Shown: positions 14,398-29,157, counted from the stretch's first letter. The stretch is DNA of 64,000 nucleotides from Chrysomallon squamiferum (GCA_012295275.1 CM022671.1:10292001-10356000); one strand, 5' to 3'. Program-made: numbers and translations. Notes: generated from the sequence alone by a model not told the origin.

Positions 14398-14653
14398 GTT
14401 CTACTCCGCAGTGAATACTCCATCAAATACAAGATTCTGAACTGATCATTTAACATGTGGAACAAGTTTGACCTACTAATGTACAACATTTGATTCTGTG
14501 CATCATTCTGTGTTTCAGTCAATTTACTTCAAACTTTAGCTGGGCTCGCAGAATGTACAGTCTGACACTGATCCATGCAGATCCTTCAGATCCATGCAGT
14601 TCCTTCTTGCAGAAACAAACATGGGGCCTCAAGTGATTGTGATATATAGAATG
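14398..14653 (+). pseudogene. TRPM S2-S4 / S4-S5 linker exon with a stop and two frameshifts
   Basis: VLLRSEYSIKYKILN*SFNMWNKFDLLMY / ILCIILCF..WARRMYSLTL / FRSMQFLLAETNMGPQVIVIYRM. TGA at 14443; donor reads GC at 14654. Confidence 0.85.
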
Positions 14654-14784
14654 GCAATGTGGAGATTAATTTCAAACAGTTCATCTGGAATGTAATCACA
14701 GCTGTGGATTTTTTGTTTTTTTATTTAGTATTATTTTTTAATTTATTTATTTATAATCTTCTTCTTTTTTGTTGTTGTGTTGTA

Positions 14785-14851
<67 letters not shown>

Positions 14852-15077
14852 GCTTAATCTAATTATTTTAGTGATAATATGATCATTTTATAATGATAAT
14901 CATAACATTTATTTCTTAGAATTACAGTTTATTTTTATTTTTTTCATTAGTGGTAAAGAATTCTTATAGTCACTGTTATGAATTTTATGATGTTTATTTC
15001 TGTCTATGTTTGTTTTATTCATGAATACATACATATGTAGATATTGTTTAATAATCTTCTATTAACTTATTTTTCAG

Positions 15078-15252
15078 CTGACTGGTCTGATGCATTTTTT
15101 CTACATCTTCCTTGTGTTTGCGATCAGTTTTGGCATTGCCTACCACATCAACATGTACCCAAACTCACCACAGTCATGGATGATTCTCAAGGATGTGTTA
15201 CTGATGCCCTACTTACAGATGTATGGTGAACTTTTCCTAGAAAGAGCTGAAG
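15078..15252 (+). pseudogene. TRPM S5 and pore helix exon (open)
   Basis: ttttcag|LTGLMHFFYIFLVFAISFGIAYHINMYPNSPQSWMILKDVLLMPYLQMYGELFLERAE g|gtattt. Confidence 0.92.
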
Positions 15253-15663
15253 GTATTTATTTTATTTTTGTTTGAGTTATTACAGAAAAGTGAATAGTTA
15301 GAATCATGATCTAACAATAATGGCTCAAAGAGACAGATATAATAGATTTCAAAAAATTCACAATTCTTTAATCAGAAGATTGAAATATATATTAACAATT
15401 ACAAATATGTGATATTTCAAGACATGGAGATTTGAAACCAGTTATTTAACACTCGAGAAGTATTTCCTTATCATTTGTAGTTGTTTACTTTATTTGGCTA
15501 CATAATTATTATTCATGTGAAGAACCATCAGGCTGAACAAGGAACCATTTAAGTATTTACTTACTTATTTGTACTTCTATATTTTATTTACTTACTCACT
15601 TGTACATCTATATTTTATTTACATATTCACTTGTACTTGTTTATTTATTTGTTTGTTATTCAG

Positions 15664-15820
15664 GTGAAGAAATACCAGGCTGTACACGTAACCAGTCCAT
15701 TTGGCAGGAGGATCCTGATCTGTGATGTCCAGAAGCCAATAGTCTGAGCACTCTGTTGTTGTCTCTGTACTTGCTGCTGACAAACATTTGCCTTGTCAAC
15801 CTTGTTATTGCCATGTTCGG
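15664..15820 (+). pseudogene. TRPM outer pore and S6 exon with stop
   Basis: GEEIPGCTRNQSIWQEDPDL*CPEANSLSTLLLSLYLLLTNICLVNLVIAMF; TGA at 15723. Confidence 0.92.
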
Positions 15821-16305
15821 GTTAGTCAAAGATTTTAAAGTCACACTGTGCTGTTATTACAGAGGTATTGTAAAGATACAGCAGATATTTGTTAAACTGT
15901 TGTTTTTTTTTTTTTTTTTTTTTTTATACAAGTTACAATTTGAATGATGGTATGAATGTATTATATGAATACATTTTGCATACTACTATTATTATTAAAA
16001 ATCTACCAAAATTCAAATTACACAATAATAAATAAATGATTACAGTATAATAACAAGTATATTTCTCCTGATTTTAACATCATCAAAAATCCACTTACTC
16101 ACTTGGTAGAATATCATTATTTTTCAAAGACTAATTTCTGTCAGATGTTTCATAACTTTTATTTGTTAATTTCTTTTTTTTTTTATTTATTTATTTTAAC
16201 ATTTCTATTTAAGCAAAGATGTGATGAAGAAAAGAAAATCTTCAAGAGTTTTTTTTTTTATAAACTTGTTAATATAACTCTGTTTTTTCATTTGTTTTTT
16301 TCCAG

Positions 16306-16488
16306 TAATACACTTCAGACAGTTCAAGGCAAATCAAGGAAAGTATGACGATTTCATTGCCTCTCTTTCATTACTGAATAGGATGATCACCTCACTCTCA
16401 TCCCTCATTTTATCATTTTGGATCATTTGTTCCAAATTATTAGATGGAGGCTATGTAAGCCATGTAAGAGAGATGACAAATGCTGATA
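16306..16488 (+). pseudogene. TRPM TRP-box exon with three stops
   Basis: NTLQTVQGKSRKV*RFHCLSFITE*DDHLTLIPHFIILDHLFQIIRWRLCKPCKRDDKC*. Stops at 16346, 16379 and 16484; donor gtaagt. Confidence 0.88.
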
Positions 16489-16705
16489 GTAAGTACTTTC
16501 TTATATATAACTGTGATAGTAAAGCAGTAGTCAGTTTTAAAATATTGTCAATTAGTGAAATAGAGAGTAATACTGAAATATGTGTGTTCCAATTAGCACT
16601 CATTAGCATTACATGGTGAACCAGCAATTGTGTTAAACTGTTGTTGTTGTTGTTTGTTTTGTTTTGTGTTTTTTTTTTGTTGTTTTTGTTGTTGTTTTAT
16701 TGTAG

Positions 16706-16825
16706 AAAGGAATAAAGACAATGAAAGTCTGAGTGAATTTGAGAAAGTAGCTACAAACCATTACCTATCTTATACTAATCTCCTTGAAAAACAGGAATTC
16801 AATATGTCAGCAGAATAGCAGAACA
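16706..16825 (+). pseudogene. TRPM C-terminal exon
   Basis: RNKDNESLSEFEKVATNHYLSYTNLLEKQEFNMSAE*QN matches the LxxFExxxxxxYL motif; TAG at 16816. Confidence 0.75.
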
Positions 16826-17386
16826 GTAATTTTACTATTTAGTTGAATTTTGGTAGATTTTTAACAATATTGTTCAGTGCACTGAAGATTACATTCAGTT
16901 AATTTCTTCCATCAAACATCTTGCTGTGCATGTCTATGCATGTTCTGCAATAAATGTATGCAGTGGCAAGAACTGATAACTGGATAGATTTATAAAACAT
17001 TGGGTACTGACCAGAAATAAAGCCTTTTGGAAGAGAACCTTATTTACTGAGATAAATTACTTATTATTTACTTATGTATAATGTTCATTGTTACTTCTTT
17101 AGTATACAACTTCTGGTTTGGTTTGAATCCTATAACACTATTTTGAAAACAGTTTTCATTTAAAAAGAAACAAATAAATTCCCATTTCAGTAGTCTTGCA
17201 TGGCTGTTTCAAAAAGCTGTGGTCTATGCTACCTTGCCAGTGTAATATTGTTTTCACATATTGTCATATTCTTTTATATTAAAAATGTGTTCAAGACTGC
17301 ATTTCTTTCAGTGTCTGGACAACCTGCCACAAACCTTTTATCTTCCTTTTCCTTTTAGTTTCCTATCAGTCTTTTCAAAATAATAT

Positions 17387-17426
<40 letters not shown>

Positions 17427-17525
17427 ACGCGTGATTATATCTATTTTTATTTTGCTTAGTTCACTATGAACTTAGAGTGTGTAGGGGTGTGGGTATGTTT
17501 CTACTTATTTTTATTCCATTTTCAG

Positions 17526-17679
17526 ATCAGTATCAGATGAGACATTGGAAAACTTGTCAGAACAGTATAATGACATCAATCAGATTAAAAACATGCTCCA
17601 GATGTTGATTAATGAGAAACACAAACACAAATATGGTATGAGAGAGATAAAGATGCTTAATCCTTTTCACAAAGTGTAA
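17526..17679 (+). pseudogene. Probable last TRPM exon (coiled coil) with stop codon
   Basis: ttttcag|SVSDETLENLSEQYNDINQIKNMLQMLINEKHKHKYGMREIKMLNPFHKV*; heptad pattern. Confidence 0.6.
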
Positions 17680-20102
17680 TGATGTTGTATGAAAACAGTT
17701 CTTATCACAAGGTTTGTCACTGATGTAAATAGATCAGAATGTTTAAGTATACCTCTGACTGTGTGATCAATCAGTTTGTGCATGTTCAAGTGACTGTTTA
17801 TTTTATTCTTTGATTTGTCTTTGCTAATGATTGCAAAAAGCAATACAGTTATATGTTTATAAGGCTGTAAACAGCCTGACAGATACTGTGTCTTTTAAGT
17901 TAAACAGAAAGGAAAATTTGTTTCAGTGGAGCTAAATCTTCAATTTAATGTAGTCAGCAATTAACAGCGTGGAGTAATAAGTCCTAAAATAGGGTCGCTC
18001 TACAAACGCATGGCCTGTTTTTGCCAAAATGGCTTCAATGTTATTTTTAGCACAGATAAGGTCAAAATTCAATCTTTCTAACCATGTGCATGTTGTCGCT
18101 GGCAATGGCTTATGTAAAAATTTGTGTCAAAAAATGTACCATTAGTAGTAAAGATTTGCACCTGATCACAAGAAGGTAATTCTTTAGTGTACAAAATATA
18201 GTTAAATAATTGCATTGCTAATAAGTAATCATTAGAAAAGACTGGTGACAAAAATAAAATAAGCAATCACATGAATGTAAGCAAAGTTTTGAACAAACTG
18301 TTTCTACCACTACAAATTAAAGTTCTGTATCATTGGAATTGTTTATATGCTGGATTCTTTCAGAAGAAAATAACAGAAATGTGTTGTTATTTATTAATTT
18401 ATATTTAATTTGATATTTGAAAATGCTTACATGCTAGATTTTACTTTTCAATTTTTAGTTTTGTTTTTTTAGATGACAGAAATTTGTTGTTCTTGATTTA
18501 TATTTTAATATAGTTTGGAACAATTTCATCATAACTTTTTACTAGTGTTTTATTAATTTTTAACATAATCCCTCATTTGTTTCTAAAATATTTACAACAA
18601 AAAAGAAGAAATGGAATATTTCAAATGTTGGTGCCATAACAACTATCCAGAAGAAGCTGTATGGCACATTACAGAGAACACACTATTGTTCATAGCCACT
18701 GCTGGCCTTGACTTGTAATCAACAAGCAAATAAAAAAAAAAAAAACAACAACATAGAACTACTATAAGATTTCAGTACAGTTGAAATTATAAGAATTATA
18801 TCACAAGATACTTGCTAAAGAAAACATTAAACTTCATTAATGAGCAGGTAATATTTGATAATTTTATGTATTTATCAATGTATATATTGTTTTATTTAAA
18901 TTTTTACCATACAGCTAGCTAAGAATATTTCCTGTATTTTATTTACACAGATCTGTGTTTGAGAAAATGTATGAGAGTTAGAATGATATATAAATATTTA
19001 GAAACTGATTGTCTTTTTTTTTCATAACTAATTTTTTAATATGACATAATGATGGAATATTGGTTTTCTTGATTCAGTAATATTGTATAGTAAATTTGAG
19101 TTTAAAATCTTTAAACAAATAAAACTGTTAGATCCACTGATATCAATTCAGCTGTTCGTTATTTGAAAGATATATATATATATTTTTATATAACAATTTA
19201 AAATTTAGCTCTCATGCAGTAAAATGTATTATAATAGATACATATTTGTAACAAGACATGCACATAATTAATAAGACATAAGTGTATAAGATATGAATAT
19301 ATTTTTACAACCAACTATTTTTGTACAATTTGTATATGAACCCTTTTTTAAATAAATATTTGTTGAAATATTTTTCAATTACATATTTTTGAAATAAAAT
19401 TTTGTTTCATTCTCTGTTTCACAGTGGGTTATCACAGTGTAGGCGAATATAAATAAATAAGAGCTTTGATATTGAAAAATGTGATAAAAACTTAGTGTAA
19501 ATGTTCTGAAACTTTAAATAAAAACAGGCAAATAAAAACATAAAAACAAATTTAATATTAATTTAACAATTTATTCTCCTCAGCAGTGTGTATGAATACA
19601 TTTAGACACTTTTTGGAAACTTTTTTCTCTTTTTAATTGTAAATTCAGAACATAAAACACTAATGTTATCTTTATGTATCAAGAAACTTCCGCTTGAATA
19701 AGTGCTCCTTTTTATTTCTTTATGATATATTTTTATTAATTTTAATTTTTAGTTTTCACCTCAACATTAATAATCAGCTAGACTATCATACACATATTGG
19801 CCCATTCAATATTTTGTACAGAAAAACTGATCCACATTTTAAAATGATCTCGGTTTTATCAGATCAAGAGGAAAACATTTTATTATGTAATTACCAAATA
19901 TATTCTGTCCATAGCAAACTCCTATATTCTGGTTATAATTTAACAGATACAAAGCATGAACTGAATCATGCTTTAATTTGTTAAATATAAATCTGCTGAT
20001 GGTTAAAATGGCTTTTTTTTTTTTTTTAAAATTATAATTATTTCTGTTTGTAGATAAACTAAAATTCTGTTATGGAGATGAATAAAGTGAATAAACATGA
20101 TA

Positions 20103-20140
<38 letters not shown>

Positions 20141-20492
20141 TCTGTCATTGATATTTATTATTATGTTGATGATTTGTAGTTTTTATTATTAAAATAAATA
20201 ATTATTTTATCAGTTAATATTTTAGTTGTTTCTTAGGGGGGGATTGTTATTTTTTTTTTTTTTTTTTTTTTTTTGTTTTTTTATTTCATTTTTTTTTTTT
20301 TTTTTTTAATAAATATATATTATAAAGAAATGAAGCAGAACCAATATTGTAATAAAACAAAACATATTTGGGATTTTCAAAATTTGATTTATTATTAGAA
20401 AAATCATTGTTCTAAAGAATGAATAACTATTTAAGAAATTTACACTAAACAGAAGGATTAATTATGAAAATTAAATTACACACACACAGACA

Positions 20493-20630
<138 letters not shown>

Positions 20631-21679
20631 ATATAAAATCACAGAGTCATGTCCACCAACTTTGTTATAAAATACATAATAAACATTTACATTAAGTAAA
20701 TATATCAATATACAAATGGAACCACATTTGTGAATCTGTTACTTCTGGAATAGTAATTTTAACTTTGATGTTCGATGTATATTTATTGATATTTTTTGTT
20801 TTTGTTATTTTTTTCTCAGCTTGTTTCTTTCCTTTTTAGATAGTTATATATGATTAGTTTTAATGATTATTTTACATTTGAAGATAGAAAATAACAAACT
20901 GCAGTAAAATATTCACTAAAAATATCTAATGAGGTCATACAGTTAGAATAAATTATGATAGATATAAATTGAACTGCCAGGAAAGTAAAGAAAATTCACC
21001 ACATTCAATCTGTTAAAAAACAATAACTACTCTACAACAACTATAATTCGTTAGAAAAAAAGAAACAGATTCACCAAATATCATGGCTTAAGGGAGATGA
21101 TTCTAAACCATTAAACATTTAAAGTAATTAATTATTTTCCTTACTCAATAAACTGAATGAATAACAACACCCCAGCACAAAATAAAAAGGGGTATTGGGT
21201 ACCAACATTTTCTAAAAAGATTTTTTTTTTTATAAAATTATATATATATCAGAAAAGAAAAAAAAAAAAAAAAAAAAAGAAAAGAAATTTTAAAATGACA
21301 CCAAGATATCTTTGGTAGAACTGATAAGAAAATAGTTTCTAATTTTTATTTGCAGATATTTTTCCATTAGAAGCTGTGGTAAACTGATGGAGTTCTTTCA
21401 TTTATGCAACATAAACACTGAATATGTCGTACAGTTCAAACAAAATATATGTATTGTATATCAAAATGAAGCTAATAAGTTCTAGAGCTGTACAGCTGTA
21501 TGTTCCTAACATTCCTTAATTTTCAATGAATTAATGAATTGCTTTAATTAGCTCAAATGTATCTTACACTTTCATTATTGAGTTCTCAAAATCTTAGAAA
21601 TTAGACCACCATACAAAAACTTCATTTTATGACTGGTAAATTGTAGAGGCCTTTTCTGTTTCAAGCATTTTCCTAAATG

Positions 21680-21980
21680 GGCTCTAGGCTTTTTAGCACT
21701 TGTTGAAGATATTTCTTCTACATTATGACAAAGAAAATATTTCTGCCTGTCAAGTCATTGAAGATTGCAAAATGAGTTGAATATAGCTTGTATTTTTTTC
21801 TTCTGACAATTTCTAGGTACATTTATAATGACACTTTTTCCAGTTTCTACAGTTTTCCTTGATGTACTTGAGTATTCTTTCCCAGCTGGCTTTAATCTTT
21901 TTTTAATATTCTTTTTCAAATGTTCAGGCTGAGCTTTTATTTTTCTTGTTCTAATTTTTGTTTCCGAATTTGGTAACAAG
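21680..21980 (-). mobile_element. Degraded DNA-transposase fragment, Sola1-like
   Basis: RTRKIKAQPEHLKKNIKKRLKPAGKEYSSTSRKTV..C..IQAIFNSFCNLQ*LDRQKYFLCHNV resembles the recalled pattern RKR..W.KN..K..R..GKEY.S..GK.V...IF..FW.L....Q..FL...V. No TIRs identified. Confidence 0.5.
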
Positions 21981-22397
21981 CTTGTTTTCTTGTGTTACGT
22001 GGATTCAAATTTCTTTCAGAATTTTCTTCATTTGATGAAAAATCTGTTATTTGACTTTCCAAAGTAATATTTTCATCAGAATTAAAGATTCGTGTAACTT
22101 CATCAAAGTCCTCGCTGTATTCACATCCGTTCCTGTAAATAATGGATTTAAAAGAACAATGTCATATTCTGTTATTTGTTATCTATTTGAAAAGCATTTA
22201 GTTGTGTACTCAATTACATTATGCAAACCTAATCAAATAACACAATTAATCTAATAACAGTAATTAAGTTAATCTATGACTTGTAACTACTTGTTTTATG
22301 TCATTTATTTCCAGTATTGAATAATGCTGATGTAATATAAAATATCTTAATTAGCATGTTATACACCAATTAAATAATTTAAATATCAATCAGAATG

Positions 22398-22858
22398 CAG
22401 TGGAACCTCAGGTTACTAACACCTCGAAGCATGAACAAATCAGATTACAAACCGTGATCTTGGGCAATTTGCTTTTCTCAGTTTAGGAATAATGCCCCAA
22501 GTTACTAACTACAGTGAGGCACCATGACAAGCTTTCTTTTGACATCGGTTTAGATGTCAACATCTAGTAAAGATAAGAACAGATGCTTACATCAAAACCG
22601 AGGTCAAAGTAAGTTCAGGCATGCCATATGATATAGCAGCTATATATCATGTATTAGGGCCTTTAGTCTTTGATACGCAGTTGCAGCTCAGTAATTTTTG
22701 CATTGCATTTTTTAAAGCATTTCTGCATTTATGTATATATTTTATATTATACCCAATCCAATAAGGCCCCCAAGAAAACAAAAAGTGAAAGCAATAATGC
22801 TGGTGGAAAGTATAAATGTATCACAGTAGAGGTTAAGAAAGAAATAACTGCTGATTAG
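22398..22858 (+). mobile_element. 5' remnant of a second Tigger/pogo element
   Basis: Starts CAGTGGAACCTC, the same TIR start as 5330. Carries APKKTKSESNNAGGKYKCITVEVKKEIT (Tigger N-terminal ITxExKxEI). No right TIR found. Confidence 0.65.
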
Positions 22859-24315
22859 TCAAATTTATTAACAAGCAAGAACTAAAGAAGATTTATCACT
22901 TAACACATAAATATAGAAATATATACATGGAGTCTTTTGAAAGAGCACACAGGTATGTAAAGTACATTGCACTGAACATGCACCAAGTCCAAAACAATAA
23001 ATAAGAATAGTGCAAACTGATGCAGAAATAAATTAAAATTATTCTGTATTCCACCCATTGTTTAACTGTATTTTCAACAGTAAACCACATCAAAAAGCAA
23101 TTATAATGTCAATCAGAACTAGACAAATAACAAAAGTCAAATTCTATCTACCATTAAGTTGATTAACATAAAATTAGAAATAAGTATATTTATGATAGAT
23201 TGACCAAATTTTGTTTGCACAAATGTTTAGAAATGATTTGAAATAGTGTGTCCACCTTTTTACACCTTTGTACATATACATATAAGTCAGTTGTAATGCA
23301 TGCTTGACATGCCTTATTTTGAGGAAATCCTACAACTTCTCAAATACACACAGCTTCATGACACGTAATCTTCACGGAAACACTTACAGCCACGTAATAA
23401 GCAAGATTAACATCCTGAGGATAAATTACTGACAGTTTCATTGATCAGTGAGGATAGTATAAACACAGCATTTAGCTTTTCTATATCTGATGTGGATTCA
23501 TTTATATAAGTGTGAACAATCAAGTTTCATATTTCATGATGGCAATTCACATACACACACACATCTATCTATCTATCACATATTCATGAGGAAAACATAA
23601 AATGAGCCCAAAAATGTACAATTCAAAATTATCCTAATGAGCATTACTATAAAATATACATTATAATAACCAGTACCTTCTATTTTTCATTCTTGGAGGC
23701 AATCCATCAGACCTGATCCAACACCATGAAAGGGACACCATCCAGTCACATTACTGAACCAAGTTTGGTTACCATCATTAAAATGTACTTGATGTTCCTT
23801 CATCTCTTGTATCTGAAACATACATTAACATTTTCATTATCACTTTGTGCATTACACAAAGTCAAGTATAGTTCATAAGTTTAAAAAATAAACTGACTAG
23901 TTAGTTGATTAAATTTGTAAGATATATCACTGCATCAGTGCTGATATTATGTATATCTAAGTGTGTACATATGTAGCATAATGTGTCTGTGTAAGTCTTC
24001 CAAAACTGAAAAAGTTATTTTTGGACTTGGTGACATAGAAACATAAGAAGCCCAAGGATTTTTATTCTGGCAAAAAGCTTTTGTAAGTGACTCTAAATTG
24101 GCCAGTAAAAGCCACCAACTAGTCAGCAAGTAACCAGGCAATAGTTATAAACAAAACAATAGTTATTATTAGACTGAAGTGATAATTACATTTATGGTTA
24201 TTAAAATTAACACATTTATTTATTTTTGACTTTTGACTTTTTACAACAGTTCTTTGGCATCATTTTTGACATTTCTTGATTTTCACTAAGGATGGCCTAC
24301 ATGGTGAAGATCTCT

Positions 24316-24552
24316 TCCGAAATTCCCAAATCCGAAACTTCTTTCCCGCAGTAGAAATAGTGATAACTCACAATGTTCGGATTGTTTTTGGATCCACAAA
24401 CTTTATTTTATGCACAAAACTTTTTAAAATATCGCATTTAAATAAATAAATAAATATCTTGCAAACTATTTGCAAAGGTACCACGTATGTATGAAATACA
24501 AATGTTACTCGTATTTACATTTCGAAAAAGTCCGAAATGCGAAACAATTTCT
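24316..24552. mobile_element. Possible Tigger-derived MITE remnant
   Basis: Repeated TCCGAAA subterminal motifs (tccgaaattcccaaatccgaaa; aagtccgaaatgcgaaac), as recalled from MER2-type elements. Confidence 0.35.
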
Positions 24553-24638
24553 AATTATTACTTAGAACAGTTAAATATTAAAATGGAACAACAATGATAA
24601 TAAATTAAATTAAATTAAATTAAATTAATAGATAATAA

Positions 24639-24671
<33 letters not shown>

Positions 24672-25299
24672 AGAAATACGAAAAGAAATTATCTACATTA
24701 GAAATTAAAACTGGTGACCGTTTCAGTTGCGCCAAGTTTTAATTAATGAAATAACAGTTAATGTAGAAAATCAGTCCAGTCCTTACGAAAATGGCAGAAA
24801 CTGTTGTCTTGACAACGTAATGTTGAATTAAATTAAATCGGAAAATATATAATTTTAGAACATGACATTCAGCTGTAGAGTTTGGTTAATATAAGCGAGA
24901 AGCATGGTTTTCACTATTGTAATAATTTGGAATTTTTTACCCCAGGTTAAACAATCACTAGTTCATGGAACTGTAAAAACAACAATAAACTAAACAACAA
25001 AAAATAAAATATATATATAAAAAAATAAAATAAAATAAAATAACAACACTATACAGCGCAATACTAATAACTTCCACAATGTATTAATGGAAATTAAAAA
25101 CATTACTACTTGATTATAATTATCCATGAGGATGTAAACTCTTTATATTTAAAAACATTTTTACGTGTTTAAGTATACATAAAATAATAATACAACAGAT
25201 ATATATATAAGAATAATAATAATCAAATATTAATTGTATATTTATCAACATGAATAGTTTATTTAATGTGAAATATGAACTAAAACTCGGAAAAAAAAA

Positions 25300-25348
<49 letters not shown>

Positions 25349-28294
25349 TAAAATGGTACAAGAAAGAAATAGAAAAAGGTCTTTAATTAACATGACTATT
25401 ATATTTATTTTTGTCTGATGCTGAATAACTCAGCTTGGTTGTTTTCCATAATTAATCAGTTTATCAGATCAGCTGAAGTCATATCACAGTTCTGAACTTT
25501 GACTGGATAATAAAAATGATAACTCACTGCGTCATTATTTGTTTGTTTTTTTATCTCTCTTTACTTTTTTAAAATGTTTAAGTGTCTGGCTGTTTATGGA
25601 AATACCTTTCATTGTTAGAATTTTGTTATTTTAAATTTGATTGATTTATTGACTGATTTATTGACTGTTTAACAAATGTACAATTTTTAAACACGTAAAT
25701 TATATAGCTGCTATTATCAGCTGTAGTATTGTAAAAACAATTTATATGCTGTTGTATTTACATTCTTTATTAATATTTAAGAAAATATTTTAAATTTTAT
25801 TTATTTTTACCTGTAGTTCTTCTAATGTATTGTTTTTAATATTTGGCTGTTGTTACTCATCTGTTATGGTATTGTGAAACAATAAAAATCTTAATAAACT
25901 ATTATAACTAAATTTGTCATGTGTTTATTTTACTTTATTTGGTTTACAAAATTTCTATGTTTTACATATTGTGTTTATTGACAGTGCTCTTAAGAAACAA
26001 GAAAGCTTTGAAAATTGTGAACAATTTGATTATAGTCCATGACAAGAACCTTCCTGTATAGAATCTAAATAAACATAGTAATGTTCATGAAAGGATCATC
26101 TTATAACTTTTCAGTTTTAATATATTTATAAATACAGACAATACCCAAATTATCAACGGTTATTGTATCAATGTTTCTTGTGGTAATGATTTTCAACACA
26201 ATGATTCAAACTGAGTTTATAAATGAATATCTCCTTAATTGGACTGGAAGGTGATCAGACGTAATAAATGTTCCCACTATCAGTGATTAATAACAAATGT
26301 TTAAAAGAAAGCAAATGGAAAACATCGTGTTTAAAGAAGTCATTATGGAAAATTTGTCTGAATATTTACTTAAAATATACGAAAACATAATAAATTTGAA
26401 CAATATTTAAATTTTATTTAATTTATCCCTATCTCAATTTTTTATTTGTTTGTTTGTTTCGTTAATGTATGGCAAGATGTAAATGTAGTCACCAAAGAAA
26501 TGTTTATTCAAGAAATGCCTTTGGGAAAATTCTTAAGATTTATTTCACTGGGAATAGTGCCTAATTAGGCCTAGTACAAGTGTATGTAAATCTGGTTACT
26601 GGTATCTGCTAATTAAAAATATAATAATAATAACTAGAGAGCTTTCCCTCATATTAGTAATGTAAATTCTGGATATATGTGGAAGGGACTGAAAGAGTTT
26701 TAGCATTATACTGCTGATCATAATTTATTGATAGCTATAATGGGAAACGTGAAATCTGTCTATCGCTATTTGACACAGATCATGTAATTAAAAGTAACCA
26801 TTGGGTCAAACATTCATAAAATTTATGCTGATCACCCCATTATTATAGGTGGAGCCTTCATCAGAAAGATAATATATACCCTTTTGAATTATTTTGTTCC
26901 CAGTTTCTTCAACATATCTACGTACCAATAAGAGATTTGTATTACTCGGATTACCCCCACCCTCTTGTTATGGAAAGACAGACATTGAGGTTCTCAATTT
27001 GAACTCACTTTATATAAAATTGAATTTCAGTGCACGCACATGTAAGAAACAAACTCTTTTTAATGGTTAAACTGTTCATCTTACCTTAGATTGTAGTTCA
27101 GTAATACCATTCACAGGAAACATTACAATGAATAATGACATCTGATGATAGTCTAGTTGTAAGGGAAAAGGCTTTGTTATTTGTTCTGTTACGATCACAA
27201 GTAATAATTTTTTAAATATAATTTAACGGAAAGGCCGTAGAAAACATCTCTTTTTTCTCAATGTCAAAAAACTTTTGAATGCAGCTTCACTGGATTTTTT
27301 ATGTTATATAAATAAATAAATAAACCACCGAATTTGTCTTCTGTTAATGTTTATTACAGACACAACACTATACATATAATGATATATATGCACACACACA
27401 TGCACACACGCACACCCACATATATTTGCAAGTGCCTTTTTTTTTCTACATTTTCTTTTTATTTATTTATTTATTTATTTAACAGAAATTAAAATCGCAC
27501 TACTGAAATTGGATTAATAATCAAAATATACAATCGAAGTTCAAATTACTTAGGTCGATTACTGCCCGTCTTTATAAAAAAAAAAAAAAAGTGTATATCT
27601 ATATATGTTACTTTCATGTAGTTAAAATAGACATAAGATTATTTACTTAATGATGTAATTTTTCGTTTGTTTGTTTCTTTTTTCTATCTTTTCTTTTCTT
27701 TTCTTTATTTTCGGAGCAACTAAAGAAACCTGAAATCGACTATACTAGTAGCTAAACAACAAACGAGGTTATGGATTACTGCACGTGAGAAACGAGACTA
27801 TCGATTGTCGCAATTTTCTTTTTATCTAATCAAATAGGAAATGGTATATTAATAATGTTCATTGTCACCGTCACAGACACAGACACGCCATGAATAAAGT
27901 GTAACGTTTTTGTAAGTATTATCGACATTATGTTGTTATAAAATGTTATTTTGGAATAAGTAAAACTTTTGTGATTTATTTTTGTCAGTAAAATAGCTTT
28001 TCTTGATATGATGGGGTAATTTTTTTATTAAATGTTGAAGCAGTTATCCAAAATTTAAATCTCTTTTTTTCACCGATGTAAACAGGAACATTTTTATATG
28101 GGAAGAAATGATATTTAAAAATGATCTTGTGATTGGAACAGAAACTTTTCTGACATATAATAATTTATAGTAAAAGTACAGTATATGCTACTAACGTGTA
28201 AAGTGCAAAATATATCAGTTAAATACGTTCTACTTTGGTTTTCAGTGTTTAATAGTAAGTAAAGTACAAATTTCGCGGAACATGGGAAGGTGGC

Positions 28295-29157
28295 TGGGAA
28301 AAAAAGTAAAAGAAAAAATCACAATTTAGTATTGGAAAAAATCACAGGACAAATGTAAAAAAAATGTATGGGTTTTATAGAGTATTGAATGGGGCATCAT
28401 AGTATGCATGAATTGTTAAGCTTATTGATTAGGCTAGATTAAAGAAAGAGGCATCGTATTGTGCAGGGTGTTGTATGTAAATGGTATTATAGTTAACATT
28501 GTTACAGTTTACGATGTTTAGGGGAACCGGAATAAGGGAGATAGTATTATATGACGTCACCGGGAGTGTGCGTCAGTTTTTGTTCGTAGCCATTTTTGAA
28601 ACGAAATAAATTGTTTGGAAACTGAAATGAACTTTATTGTTTAATGTTAAAACATAAGACAGGGATGGTGATTTGTTACACTTATTAATTAGGATCAGTT
28701 AGGCAGGATTAAGTCTAGTTTACTGATTAGGATAGCTTTAAACCGAGGGCTTCCTATTCTAAAGGATTTATAAAATGTCCGAGGTTAAAATGTGCATCAC
28801 TATATATTCTGCAGCTGCTCTAACATCAGAAGTACAATGTTGAATATGGAAGTTATTCACAGCAATAAGGGTCGTAACAAAATCTGTTATGAGGGGTTCA
28901 TGTATACCAAATACGCAACTCGCAAAACAAAGTTGTGGTGGAAATACATCAAAAGATCTAGTTGTAATTGGCAGAATTTCTTCATGGTACTGGGTGGAAC
29001 ATCTGCCTGAACCACTAACATTAAGATCAAAGAATATTAACAAAGAAACTCTGACAAAGTGATTAAACACATTTCATTTCTAATTTATTTCTTAATCTTA
29101 AGTAAAAATTGTGACTTTTCCCTGAGATGTTTTTCTGTTACTTTTGTTTCTAGAATC
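28295..29157 (+). mobile_element. MULE (Mutator-like) element remnant with FLYWCH-domain fragment
   Basis: ORF 28792-29010 contains MEVIHSNKGRNKICYEGFMYTKYATRKTKLWWKYIKRSSC (FLYWCH pattern). Termini carry inverted gaaaaaa(g)tcaca / tgtgacttttcc subrepeats. Confidence 0.6.

Noticed and set aside
15555-15642. Three ~31-bp tandem copies before the S6 exon
   Set aside because: An ordinary intronic minisatellite with no sign of function.
14443-16348. TGA stops at conserved Trp positions rescued by A-to-I editing or readthrough
   Set aside because: Two TGAs do sit at Trp sites. However, other stops replace Arg or Tyr, and there are frameshifts and missing exons that editing cannot fix.
26460-26980. 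LINE endonuclease remnant (PIIIGGAFI resembling IIGGDFN)
   Set aside because: A single degenerate motif with many stops; too weak without a search.
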